DNA of 64,000 nucleotides, taken from NCBI GenBank assembly GCA_918797485.1, contig CAKKNE010000002.1, positions 5,022,001 through 5,086,000 on the forward strand, read 5' to 3'. A model generated the notes under the pieces. That model did no database searches. It was not told the DNA's origin and saw nothing but the letters and a program-made list of their open reading frames with translations. The stretch comes from Pelagomonas calceolata (taxonomy: Eukaryota). The position numbers were made by a program, and so were the translations under genes. Below, piece by piece: positions 1 to 10,057 of this stretch; position 1 is the first letter of the stretch, and every line of letters begins with the position of its first letter.

Positions 1-2768
1 TCGTCAGGAACGGCGTCCTCGAGCAAGTCCTGCGGGGACGTCGACCGGTGAGCTACGGATCTCCGAGCACCATCGAGATTTGTGTGGAGCGTCGCGTCGA
101 CGGCGTTTCCAGCAGAGATGCGTCCGCGGGGACGCCATCGCGACTCCCCGAGCCGCCGCGTCTCGCGAGCTCGGCGCCGCGGCCTCCGAGCGACCCACGC
201 GACCGTATCCAGAGAGAAACACCTCGCTCCGACCGCGCGCGACCCCGAATCGAAGTAAAACTCGAACTCGGAGGCGATACCTTGTGCGGCGCGATGCCTT
301 GGGCTAGTACATCATCTAACAACTCTAGTTGTTTGGAGAGCAGGGGCCGCTCGACCGGCAGCATCTCGGCCTGCATCCAGTTGTAGACGTTGACCTGCGC
401 GGGATCACGTGTAGACGCTCCGACGATCATGACGACGGCGTCGAGGCGTCGCGCTGACGCCGTCGACGCGTAGTTGAAGACGCTGAGTCAGCACCACGAG
501 ATCCAAATTGCCCATATGTTTTCTAAAAGTCTCGGCGTGCTCGTAGATCTCCAGCGCGGCCTGGGGCGCCTCGAAGCCCAGTAGCAGGAAGTACTTGACC
601 TCTCGGAGCAGTCTCACCAACAAAGGGTCAAAATTCACGTAGAGCAGGGGGTAGCCGAACTCAGGATCGTTCTCGGACCGCAGCAGCGGATTTTTTAATT
701 TAGCTTGACTCGATTTCTCCATCTCGGCGCCCCAGGCCTCGATCTGCTCGCGCTCGTAGTCGGAGAGCTGGCCCTGGAAGGCCGTGTAGTCCTTGATGAC
801 GTCGCGCGCCTCCTCGGACTCCATCACACTCTTGTCGAGCTTGCGGATTTTACTCATGGGCGTTTTTATGCGCTCCAACAGCCCTCGACACCAAGTAAGC
901 GCACCAGCGATCGGCGGTAGATTGTGCGCGATCGGCGGCGCCTCTTTCCCTTCGATGAACATCTTCTGCATCGCTCTTACATCTTCACCTGCGTGGTCGC
1001 GACACTCGTAGGCTCTCGTGTGGTCACGACGACGCCATCGACGCGAAGTGGACACTGAGTCAGCACCGAACACGGACACCATCTGGACGTAGCGCTTCTC
1101 GAGCTCCTCCGTTATTACTTGTCTTGCTGTTAACCCCGCGAAACTGTCTAGTAATTTGAACTGCGCCCGCAACGTCGGCGCATCTGAAAAACCTTGCGAC
1201 AGGACGGACGCCAATCGTTTCTCGAGCTCCCGCACACTTGTCCGGAATTCGTAGAACGCGTCGTCGAACTCCTTGGCCTCGGTATCCAATAATCGATCAT
1301 CCCCATAAGATCGCACCCGATTGACCGCTTGCGTGAAGTCCGAGTGGATCTGTTGTACGGAAGTCGTGAGCACCTTGCCCTTCGTGCCGCCGATCTCGAT
1401 CTTACTAAGTTGGCCGAACTGCATCGTGGTTTCTGTCAGTTCCAACACATCATGGCACCGCTCCCAGAAGGCGTCGAGCCGCACGAAGACGGCGTTGTTC
1501 TGGACGCGCCAGGCGTTCAAAGGGCATTCGGTAGCAGCCTTGTCCTTGTACTTGAGGTAGACCTCCTTGAAGGCCGCCAGGACTCTGAGAGTTTCCTTGA
1601 GCGCTGATACGGCTCCCCTCGCATCGTTGGGATCTTCTGACTCGATGAGCTCGAAGACAGACATACTACCAAGATACTGCTGGGATTGCGCTACGAGGGC
1701 GTTGCAGACCTCCCGCACCAACACGACGAGTCTTGTCGGCGTGTTGTAGTGGCCCGAGCCCTTCCAGATCAGTAAGATCGTATGCACGACCGGCGGATAG
1801 ACTTCAGGCAATACGGAGTAGTCCGTGCAGTCCTCCAGCTGCTCGACCCACTTGCGCAAGGGCGCTAAGAACTTGACGTTGTCGTTCGCTTCAGCTCTAG
1901 CGTGGAAGAGCTCCTTGCACAGCTTCGCGAAGGGGGCATTATAGGTCGACTGCGCCTTGTCCAAGCACCGCAGGACCTTTCGCACACGCACGCTTTGCAA
2001 TTGGTCGAAGATCGAGTCCAAGTTTTTGCTTTTAGCAGCCCAGAAGTCAAGCTCCGCAACTGGACCGGGATGCGGTCTCTCATCGGTAGATAAACCCTCG
2101 GGATCCTCCTTGAGCACGGCTTTTATTTGCTTCGTCCACGTAATGATCGCGGACTCTAACGCGTGAATCGCGTCCTTACTGTCAGCAGGCCCTTCGGGCG
2201 CACCAGACGACGCCGTCGTGTTCTTGCTGACGGCCCAATCGGGAGGCAAGGGCAACGCAGTAGTACCTCTCGCATGGCCTTGCATGATCTGGACGTTTGC
2301 GACGAACGCCGCCAACCCCTCGTCGACCTCCTTTGCCACGAGGTCGCTCGCGTCGCCCTTGCTCACGGCGAGTAGTGGTGCTAATACGGTCATCGCTACT
2401 TGCTCCGCGTGCTCCAAGACACCGCTCGAGCATTCGCCCACGATGCACTGCCGTTGGCACTTTCCTACATCGAGCGGCTTGTCTTTCTCAATTTTGAGGA
2501 TATACAGGAAGCCAGCATCATCTTTTTTCTGCTTCTCCGGCGGTACGGCGGTGAGGATGACGCGACCGACCTTCTCGGCAATGTATAGTCCGCCGGGCGC
2601 GCCCTCGTCGGCGTTCGCGAACGCCTCGAGGAGGTCGTTTGCGCCCTGATCCCCTCGGAACTTCTCCCACATGTCCGGCGTCACGTGCTTGTAGGCGATG
2701 CGTATTTGTTGCAACAACCATCCTATCCTCTGATCGAGGACGGCGTCGCCCTGGGCGCCGCGGCCCAT
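1..2768 (-). CDS. Axonemal dynein heavy chain, N-terminal (DHC_N1) part; gene runs off the left edge
   Basis: Translation has tail motifs typical of outer-arm dynein heavy chains (LESAIITWTKQIKAVLK, ELDFWAAKSKNL, YNTPTRLVVLVREVCN, NLPPIAGALTW, VNFDPLLVRLLREVKY). Predicted GT-AG introns at 989-1066, 395-494 and 30-280 restore the frame (FG|EDV, NLDLV|VNVYNW, PHK|DLLED). Confidence 0.9.
395..494 (-). mobile_element. Repeated intron, family B (starts GTGCTGACTCAG, ends CGCAG)
   Basis: Shares its 12-nt 5' end and a CGCGTCGAYGGCGTC core with the intron at 989-1066. Confidence 0.6.
989..1066 (-). mobile_element. Repeated intron, family B (78 nt, in frame, no stop)
   Basis: GTGCTGACTCAG...CACGCAG. 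Read through, it gives the non-dynein insert ADSVSTSRRWRRRDHTRAYECRDHAG. Confidence 0.6.
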
Positions 2769-3154
2769 CCTTCTTTTGGGGCTGCCCTACTGTGGGCTTC
2801 GCTGCGCCGCGGCCCGAGGCGCGGTCTTGTAATAGCGGCCGCTCTAGGCTCGCGATGGGCTACGGAGCAGCTGGCTGCCTATACTTGAGGCTAGCCGGGC
2901 TGTCCGCGCCGCAATTGGCTTGGGCGCTGGGCTGTAAAACTTGGGGGATACTAGGACTAGTAAGTTTTCCATGCGACCTGCTCTTCCGGTGCGCGGAAGA
3001 CTAAACGTCCCTTGCGGACGGCTCGCTCGCCAGGCGTCGGCCTCCCGAATCGGCAAAAGACAGCAAAACAAGGGCTGGCCTCTCACGACTTTGTCCGGCT
3101 GGCATAGCGGCGCTGGTGCTGCCCCTGGTGCACGAAACGACTGCAACCATCCCT

Positions 3155-3964
3155 ATGGCCGAGTTTACCGATCAATTTGCAGAAAATGGGGGCATCTCGG
3201 GCCTCATGGAGGCGCTGGCCATGCACGGCGGCCTGCAGCAGCGCGTTTGCGTCGTCGTCGGCGTGACGGGCGACGGCAAGTCGACGACGGGCAACACCTT
3301 GTGCGGCCGCGACGTTTTCGAGACGAGCACGGGGCTGTGTTCGGCGACGCGCGGCCACGCGATCGGCACGTACACGGCCGGCGGCTCGTTACATGGGACC
3401 CTGTGGCGCGTCATCGACACGATCGGCTTCGAGGACTCGTGTTTGCCACAGGACGAGGTGGCGAGGCTCTTCGGCGCCTTCGCGGACGACTGCATGGACG
3501 GCGTCGACGCGTTTTTATTTGTGGTCAAGTGGGGCCGCTTCAAGCCGGAGCACGAGCGGGCCCTCGACGCCTTCGCTTCTAATGCGGGCGAGGACGCGCT
3601 GCGGCACACGTTGCTTGTGTTCACGCACTGCGATGTGGATAATCTCGATGCGATCTTGGCCTCGGACGCGGCGCCAAAATCATTAAGAGAAAGGTGGCTG
3701 CCTCGGCTGGCTGGCGCCGTGGGCGTCGACAACGAGCAGAGGCTCGTGGCGCGCGCGCGGCTGCAGACGGCGCTCGATGGACTCGTGGCTCGACTAAAGA
3801 ATGAGCGCTACAGCCACGATTCATTAAGGGCCGCGCAGAAACGGCGCGACGCCGCGCGCGAGGCCGACCGGGAGGCGTTCCGGGCCGCGGTGCTGGACTG
3901 GCGGAAGAAGGACGGACCCCTGGTCGTGGAGCGGTTCGGGCGGCCCGTGGAGAAGGATAAGTAG
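3155..3964 (+). CDS. AIG1/GIMAP-type GTPase
   Basis: G1 GVTGDGKSTTGNTL, G3 VIDTIG, FLFVVKWGRF, LLVFTHCD, C-terminal coiled coil. Confidence 0.85.
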   Translation: MAEFTDQFAENGGISGLMEALAMHGGLQQRVCVVVGVTGDGKSTTGNTLCGRDVFETSTGLCSATRGHAIGTYTAGGSLHGTLWRVIDTIGFEDSCLPQDEVARLFGAFADDCMDGVDAFLFVVKWGRFKPEHERALDAFASNAGEDALRHTLLVFTHCDVDNLDAILASDAAPKSLRERWLPRLAGAVGVDNEQRLVARARLQTALDGLVARLKNERYSHDSLRAAQKRRDAAREADREAFRAAVLDWRKKDGPLVVERFGRPVEKDK

Positions 3965-4048
3965 TGGGATGTTGTCTTATTGTTTATATCGGGCTCACTG
4001 GCAGTAGCTTATTACTCGAACTCGAACGATGCGCCCTCGGGCGCGTTG

Positions 4049-5524
4049 CTACCGTTCTGCCACCAGCTCGCGAGCGTGAACCGACCGCAGGGCGATCGGA
4101 AGAGCCCGCCTCTCGCGCCGCGGGGGATGCTCGCGCGCCGGCGTGACCGCGTCGTCCCGAGAGTAGGCCGAGCGCCCCACCTCGAAGGCGACGCGGACGC
4201 CGTCGAGCGTCGCCGCCCAGCGCGCCTTCTCGGCTCCGAAGTCGCTGACGAAGTCCGTGGGCGCGTAGGACCCCTGCGTCGCAAAAATAGCGACCCCCGT
4301 GAAGATTCCATCGCGCTCGACGATCGTCGCGCCCAGCAGGCCCAGGCCCACGCTGTCCTCGCAGCACGTGATCCCGCAGCCCTCCGTCCATATGACCCAC
4401 TGGCAAAAGTCTCGGAAGGTCCGAGCCGTCGTCCCCGGCGGCAGCCGCGCGCGCATGGGCGTGATGTACGGCTGCGATGCCGAGCCGGGACGGACCATCG
4501 TTGTCGCCCCGCCGTCGTAATTCAGCTCCATGCTTCCCATGACGCCCTCGAGCCCGCCGACGCCCGGGCGGTTCGCGCCGACGACGGCGTCGATCTCACT
4601 CCACAGCGCGAAGGCCTCGGCGAGCGAATCGCACTCGACGACGTCCTCGGCGGCCGCCTCCGCGACGCCGCGCGACCGGAGGTCGGTGTAGATCCCCGGC
4701 CAGCCGGGGCCGTCGAGCGGGTCCCAGGCGCTCGCCGCGAGGCCGCCCGCCGCCTTCATCTGCGACAGCTTCGCCCGCAGCTGGGCCTCGGTCAGCTCCG
4801 TGTTGCCGGGCAGCGCCGAGCCCCAGTTCCCGAGCTTGGCCACGTCGAGGCGTAGCGCCGCCCGGTGCTCGAGCACGCGGCTCGCGCCGAGCCGCAGGCC
4901 CGGGTAGAACACGTAGAAGCCCACGGCCTCGTCGTCCGCGACCGGCGCCGTCGTCGCGTCCACGTCGCCCGCGAACGTCGAGAGCAGCGACCGCTTCGGC
5001 GGCGGCGTCGCGGGCAGCGGCGCGGGCACGATCACAAGGTTCGCCGGCTTGACGGCCACGGCCTTGGCCGACGGCGACGCCTTGGCGGCGTCGTACGACG
5101 GGTCGGGGTCCCGCGCGTCGGCGTCGTAGAGCGCCGAGAGCCGGGTCTCCGGCGTCGCGTCCACCGCTTTCACGGTCTTTCCCGCCCCGTCGACGAGGCG
5201 GTAGACCCAGGCGCGCTTCCCGTTGAGTTGTTTGCCCTTTTCCGACTGGAGGCCGCGGATCTCGCAGTAGACGCGGCCGCGGTGGCCCGACTTGCCGAGC
5301 CGGTGCGACATCCAGCTGAACGGCGCCGAGGTGATGCGCGCCCAGTCGACGCTGCCGGCCTCGGCGTCCGGGACCCGCTCGTCCTGGTACGCCGCCGGGT
5401 AGCCGCGCGCCCTTGGATCCGTAGAGAACTGCTTCTCCATCATCGCACGCAAATGCGGTGGCATGCTCGCGAGCATTTCGGCCGAGGGGCCCTGCCCTGG
5501 GCCGCCTCCCGAAAAGCTAGCCAT
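4049..5524 (-). CDS. Hypothetical protein (491 aa)
   Basis: Long ATG-initiated ORF with GC3-rich codons; no family recognised. Confidence 0.7.
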   Translation of the reverse strand: MASFSGGGPGQGPSAEMLASMPPHLRAMMEKQFSTDPRARGYPAAYQDERVPDAEAGSVDWARITSAPFSWMSHRLGKSGHRGRVYCEIRGLQSEKGKQLNGKRAWVYRLVDGAGKTVKAVDATPETRLSALYDADARDPDPSYDAAKASPSAKAVAVKPANLVIVPAPLPATPPPKRSLLSTFAGDVDATTAPVADDEAVGFYVFYPGLRLGASRVLEHRAALRLDVAKLGNWGSALPGNTELTEAQLRAKLSQMKAAGGLAASAWDPLDGPGWPGIYTDLRSRGVAEAAAEDVVECDSLAEAFALWSEIDAVVGANRPGVGGLEGVMGSMELNYDGGATTMVRPGSASQPYITPMRARLPPGTTARTFRDFCQWVIWTEGCGITCCEDSVGLGLLGATIVERDGIFTGVAIFATQGSYAPTDFVSDFGAEKARWAATLDGVRVAFEVGRSAYSRDDAVTPAREHPPRRERRALPIALRSVHARELVAER

Positions 5525-5672
5525 TGGTGTGTTCGCAGCTTCTCAGCGATAATAAGCGCTGGCAGCTGCGCACAGTACGACCTGCAATGTCTGCGACGCG
5601 TAGACTGTGCAGGCCGAGCAATGCCGACTCCTCGGCAGCGCTCGGAGCCAAAAAAGCTCGGATCCGACGTTA

Positions 5673-5698
5673 GCTAGCGGGATGTAAGACACTAGCAA
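5673..5698 (-). promoter_or_regulatory. Conserved intergenic motif, upstream of the gene starting at 5524
   Basis: GCTAGCGGGATGTAAGACACTAGCAA on +; one of 13 copies. Confidence 0.6.
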
Positions 5699-5699
5699 T

Positions 5700-6977
5700 T
5701 TAGTAGACCTCCTCCTCCTTCGGTCTGGGCGTCCCCTTGACGAAAGCCCCACCCGGACCCGTCACCTCCACCGCGTGCGTCCGCCCGTTGAGCTCGCCTA
5801 CCACATACTCGACCTCCTCGCCCGGCGCGAGAGACCGGAAGCCCGGCGCGTGGACCTGCGTCTGATGCACGAAGATGTCCTTCCCACCCGTCGCGGGACT
5901 GATGAAGCCGTAGCCCTTCGGGCGGTCGAACCATTTCACCACACCTGATAACCGGGCGCCCGCATCATGTGAGGCCTTGCGCGCGGCACCTTTGTCCAAG
6001 GCATCGGTTCGAGACATAGGCTCGTCCTCCTGCCGCTTGCCGAGCGTCCACAGCGCCGTCGCGCCGAGGCTCGAGGACCGCTCGAGGAAGTCGGCGCCGC
6101 TGCTGACCTTGCAGACGCCGGTGCGTAGCTGCGGGAGGTTGACTTCCTCTGGTAAAGCTTTGAGCGTGTGCGTGTCCGCGTATAAGACCGTGGCGCCGTC
6201 CTCGAGGGCCAGCAACGTCGCCGCGGCTCTATCGGAAGGCACGCCGCAGCCGTGCAAACCATCAACATTCGGCAGGGAAATGGACGCGCCGCTCGCTAGG
6301 CACGCGGCCGCGGCCGAGCCAATCCCGAAGGCGTGCGAGAGCGTGATGGACACGCACGCCGTGTCCGACGGCGTGAGCTCCAGATGGCGCACGGCGTCCT
6401 CGGCCAATTCGTCGATCGTATCATTGGTCAAAGGGCTCGTCGAGTTGTAGAACGCGTGGTTGTCGTGCGCGCCGCCAGAGACAGTCTCGCCCTCCCGTCC
6501 CATCGACTCCTGGTGCAGGTCCGCCGCGGGTAGGATCAGCGACACGCCGTGGGCCACGTGGCCGTCGTTCGGCGCGTCGGTGCAGAGGATGCCGCCGACG
6601 TCCAGCGTGCTCGTCAGCTTGGCGAGCGCGGCGTCGTTCTTGGCCGTGCCATCTGCGTGGGATTCGGGGTGGGCAATGTATCGCGTCGATGGCGTACGCG
6701 CGTCATTTTGACGGCCCCTCGCAGGACGCCGGGACAGGCATGCGACGCCGAGCGACGAGCACGCGAGCTGCACAACCAAGTTCTGCGACGTGTTTTGCAA
6801 ATCCGAGACGAGGACTTGGCCCGCCTCGAGGCCCTTGCTTTGCAGCACGGCTGCCGTCGCGGCCGCCCGGCGCTCCAGTGTGCCAAAATCCAGCGTGAGG
6901 GCCTCGGTCTGGCTACTGAGTGCGACAGCGGTGGGCCAGCGTTTGGCGGCGGCCTGGGCAAGCCGATAGAGAGCCAT
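5700..6977 (-). CDS. Degenerate AMP-binding (acyl-CoA synthetase-like) domain fused to a C-terminal cold-shock domain
   Basis: N-terminal part resembles ANL-family N-domain (LSHAFGIG, LPQLRTG). C-terminus has a canonical CSD (GVVKWFDRPKGYGFI, DIFVHQT, GFRSLAPGEEVEY). Probable in-frame GC-AG intron at 6653-6739. Confidence 0.75.
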   Translation of the reverse strand: MALYRLAQAAAKRWPTAVALSSQTEALTLDFGTLERRAAATAAVLQSKGLEAGQVLVSDLQNTSQNLVVQLACSSLGVACLSRRPARGRQNDARTPSTRYIAHPESHADGTAKNDAALAKLTSTLDVGGILCTDAPNDGHVAHGVSLILPAADLHQESMGREGETVSGGAHDNHAFYNSTSPLTNDTIDELAEDAVRHLELTPSDTACVSITLSHAFGIGSAAAACLASGASISLPNVDGLHGCGVPSDRAAATLLALEDGATVLYADTHTLKALPEEVNLPQLRTGVCKVSSGADFLERSSSLGATALWTLGKRQEDEPMSRTDALDKGAARKASHDAGARLSGVVKWFDRPKGYGFISPATGGKDIFVHQTQVHAPGFRSLAPGEEVEYVVGELNGRTHAVEVTGPGGAFVKGTPRPKEEEVY

Positions 6978-7058
6978 GAGCCTGTTTGTGCTGCAAAAGC
7001 GTCGGTACGCTATGCCTAAGTCTGGTCTCGAGTTGGGAGAAGGCGAGTAGGCGAGTTA

Positions 7059-7083
7059 GCTAGCGGCGTAAAGACACTAGCAA
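7059..7083 (-). promoter_or_regulatory. Conserved intergenic motif in a divergent promoter
   Basis: GCTAGCGGCGTAAAGACACTAGCAA on +. Confidence 0.6.
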
Positions 7084-7310
7084 GCAGCGGGCTTATTTGC
7101 GCGTATGACTTCATTAATGCCCTAATCTGAAAGCCAGGCTCATTTCGTGAGTCGCTACGGTCCATAGGTTGCAGCGAAGAAGCAGCGAAATCATTGGTGC
7201 GGCTGGTCTCACGTACAGAGCGATTGTGGACGGAGAGCGATTTGCAAACTGCAGAGAGCGCTTAAGTGTACACATCGCTGCCGAGCAACAGCGAGCAGCG
7301 GTGCAACGCG

Positions 7311-9899
7311 ATGGCGATCGAGGACGCCATCACCAACGACCCGGCCATCGAGCGCCACGGCTCCGAGGCGGCGGCCAAGTACATGGCCTGGCACTGGGCG
7401 GCGCTGAGCAAAGCCGTCGCAAAGGGCGATCCGTGCAGTTGCATCCTGACGGAGTCGCGTCAATCGGACGACCGCCTCTACGGCTGCTTCCGCGCGTCGA
7501 TATCCGAGCCCGTCGACCGTTTGGACCTCAAGACGCCGACGTGGCGCGATCTGCTGACGTGCATGGCCGGGCGCGTGGTCGATTTCAGCTTCATGACCTT
7601 GCTGCGGCCGGACCCTTTGCAATCCTACGAGGCGCAGCGGTCCGAGTTGCTCGTCGTGCCGCGGGCGCAGTTTGTAATGGTCGAACTCGCGCGGCAACGG
7701 GAAGGCTGCTACGACGACCGGGACTGCTGCGTGAAAGCGGAGGCGCGGCACCTGTCGCGCTGCGCCGAGCGCCTGCGAAACGGGAACGACGACGCTCTCG
7801 TTGCGCTGGAGGCCGCGCCGCTGCCGTCGAAGGCGGTGCTCCGGCTCACGTCCGCGTCGCGCGCCCTGGCCGCAAAAGCCCGGAGCGGCAGCGACGCGGC
7901 GGCCCGCATCGTTGACGCCTGGCGGCGGCACCTCGAGCCGCCGGCGTCCGTTTTTGAAAAGAAAGGCGTCGTCGTGCGGCGCGGCGCGTTGGACGCCGAC
8001 GCCGTCGCCGCGTTGGTCCAGGCGGCCTCTCTCTCTCAAGCGGCCTTCGAGAAGGAGGTCCTGGCGCCACAGAACAAAACGATCCGCGACTCCTTCGACG
8101 ACGCCTCGGGGACGACGCGGCCCGGGAGTCGCGTCGACGTGCGCCACCGCGCCGCCGAGTTCGTCGCGCAGCGCCTTGGAACTTGTGAGGCCGAGCTCGC
8201 CGACGACGACCGCGGCGTCGGCACGCGATTATTAAGGGACCTGCTGCCTCTGGTGAAAGCCGCGCTGCGGACGGAGCGGCCGCGGCTGCTGTACTTCGGC
8301 TTCGTCCGGGCCTTCGCCGGTGGTACCGGAGACCAGCCGTGGCACCGCGACGCGGCGTCGCTCTTCGAGAGCGGTCGGGGCGCCTGCGACGCGCCGGACA
8401 CGCCACCCCACGTCGTCAACGTCTTCCTTCCTTTGGTCGACCTGACGAATGCGAACGGGCCGACGGCCTTCGCCCCGGGCACGCACAGCGACGGCGCGTG
8501 CCGCGACGCGCTCGCGACAATCATCGAAAGGGGCGACCCGGCCCACCAGATCTCGCCGCTGCTGAGCACGGGCGACGCCGTCATGTTCGACTGCCGCCTG
8601 CTTCATAGAGGGAGGGCGAATCGCAGTTCCAAGGATCGCGTCATCGCTTATTTAACAATTGCTGCGCCGTGGTGGCGCGACGACGAGATGTTCCATGCCA
8701 CGCAACCGACGACCGCCGCCGCGTTATTGGGCGAGGCGCTTTTGGGGAGGACGGCCGTTGACGATCATGACGACGGCACTGGCCACCCGCACTACACGCT
8801 GAGAATCGAAAGCATGGTGCGAGACCGGCCGGACCTCGCCGCAGCTTCGGCCTTGTTCCTCGCGCGCGCCTCCGACGACGTCGACGGGAAGTGGGCCGCG
8901 GCCGCGGCGTCGTCAACATCGCTTTCACGAATGCTGACGGCGTCGCTCGACGATCCGCGGCCGGCCGACGCCTTCGCGGACCGCTTCGAGGCCGACCTCC
9001 TTGATAACAATGGCCGCCGCGCGGACGCGCTGCGCGCGCCCCCAGCGCCCAACGGCGGCCTGTTCTCGTCGATCACGGACGACCTCGCCGACTGCTCGAG
9101 GCTCTACTCGGCCGCGGGGGCGCTGCTGAACGCGGAGGCGTACGGCTTTCCCGCTGATGCTGAGGGCGTCCCTCTCCTCGTGGCTCTGGCGAAGCGGGCG
9201 GCGCCCCAGAAGTCACGGCGCCGGCTCGAGGCTGCTTTTTCAAGTTGGTGGCATCGGGGCCGGGGCCGCTTCGAGCTCGTGGAACGCGTCGCCGGCGCCG
9301 GGGACCGGCCGGTGCTCGTCGTGGCGTTTTCGTCGCTGGGATCTGGTATTGCTAGACCTGAATGGCGCGGCGCGCTCTCCAAGGCAAAGGTGCCGTCGAA
9401 GGCGCGCCTGGACGTGCTGCATGTGCTAGACCCGGCGTCGTCGTGGTACCTGCAGGACGACGCGGCGACGTGGGCCGGTCCCGCGTTTTATCGGCGCGAG
9501 CTCGAGCAGCGCATCAGGCCCTACGGGAGCCGTGTGTTGTTCTTGGGCGACTCCATGGGCGCCTGCGGCGCGCTGCAGCATTGTGATTTGGCGGCGACGC
9601 TGGCGTTTACTCCACAAGTCGATCTGACGGACTACGAGGCCGTCCGGCGGCACGACCTCACCGCTGAACGCCGCGCATCGCTCCGCGACGCAATTTGTGA
9701 CACCGTCGGCCGCGCGAAAGGGCCGGTCTTGGTCCACTACGGCTCGGGCTGCGCCGAGGACGTGGCGCAGGTCGAGCTGCTCCCCGGCAGCGCGACGCTC
9801 GTCGCGCACGACTTCGACGACCACGTCCTCTCGGTCCATCTCAAGAAGACAGGTGCTCTCAAGGGGATCTTGGACGCGGCGATTGCTGGCGTGTTGTAG
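7311..9899 (+). CDS. Multidomain protein: PBDC1-like, PhyH-type 2OG-Fe(II) dioxygenase and alpha/beta-hydrolase-like domains
   Basis: WRDLL...DFSFMTLLR...VPRAQFVMVELARQREG (PBDC1-like); QPWHRD...NGPTAFAPGTH...GDAVMFDCRLLHRGRAN (PhyH); FLGDSMG nucleophile elbow. Confidence 0.75.
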   Translation: MAIEDAITNDPAIERHGSEAAAKYMAWHWAALSKAVAKGDPCSCILTESRQSDDRLYGCFRASISEPVDRLDLKTPTWRDLLTCMAGRVVDFSFMTLLRPDPLQSYEAQRSELLVVPRAQFVMVELARQREGCYDDRDCCVKAEARHLSRCAERLRNGNDDALVALEAAPLPSKAVLRLTSASRALAAKARSGSDAAARIVDAWRRHLEPPASVFEKKGVVVRRGALDADAVAALVQAASLSQAAFEKEVLAPQNKTIRDSFDDASGTTRPGSRVDVRHRAAEFVAQRLGTCEAELADDDRGVGTRLLRDLLPLVKAALRTERPRLLYFGFVRAFAGGTGDQPWHRDAASLFESGRGACDAPDTPPHVVNVFLPLVDLTNANGPTAFAPGTHSDGACRDALATIIERGDPAHQISPLLSTGDAVMFDCRLLHRGRANRSSKDRVIAYLTIAAPWWRDDEMFHATQPTTAAALLGEALLGRTAVDDHDDGTGHPHYTLRIESMVRDRPDLAAASALFLARASDDVDGKWAAAAASSTSLSRMLTASLDDPRPADAFADRFEADLLDNNGRRADALRAPPAPNGGLFSSITDDLADCSRLYSAAGALLNAEAYGFPADAEGVPLLVALAKRAAPQKSRRRLEAAFSSWWHRGRGRFELVERVAGAGDRPVLVVAFSSLGSGIARPEWRGALSKAKVPSKARLDVLHVLDPASSWYLQDDAATWAGPAFYRRELEQRIRPYGSRVLFLGDSMGACGALQHCDLAATLAFTPQVDLTDYEAVRRHDLTAERRASLRDAICDTVGRAKGPVLVHYGSGCAEDVAQVELLPGSATLVAHDFDDHVLSVHLKKTGALKGILDAAIAGVL

Positions 9900-9946
9900 T
9901 AGGGTGTTAACTTAGGCTTGTCGTTGTACACACTCGTGCGGAAAAA

Positions 9947-9986
9947 GCTAGCGGACAAAGACACTACCTAGGTACCTAGGTAGCAA
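9947..9986 (+). promoter_or_regulatory. Conserved intergenic motif interrupted by a 20-bp perfect palindrome
   Basis: GCTAGCGGACAAAGACACTA-CCTAGGTACCTAGGTA-GCAA. Confidence 0.5.
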
Positions 9987-10057
9987 AGAGGCACCGGCGC
10001 GCTCTTGGCCGCATTCATCGTCAAATACACCCTTGCGACACACTAACGCTGCGCGCG

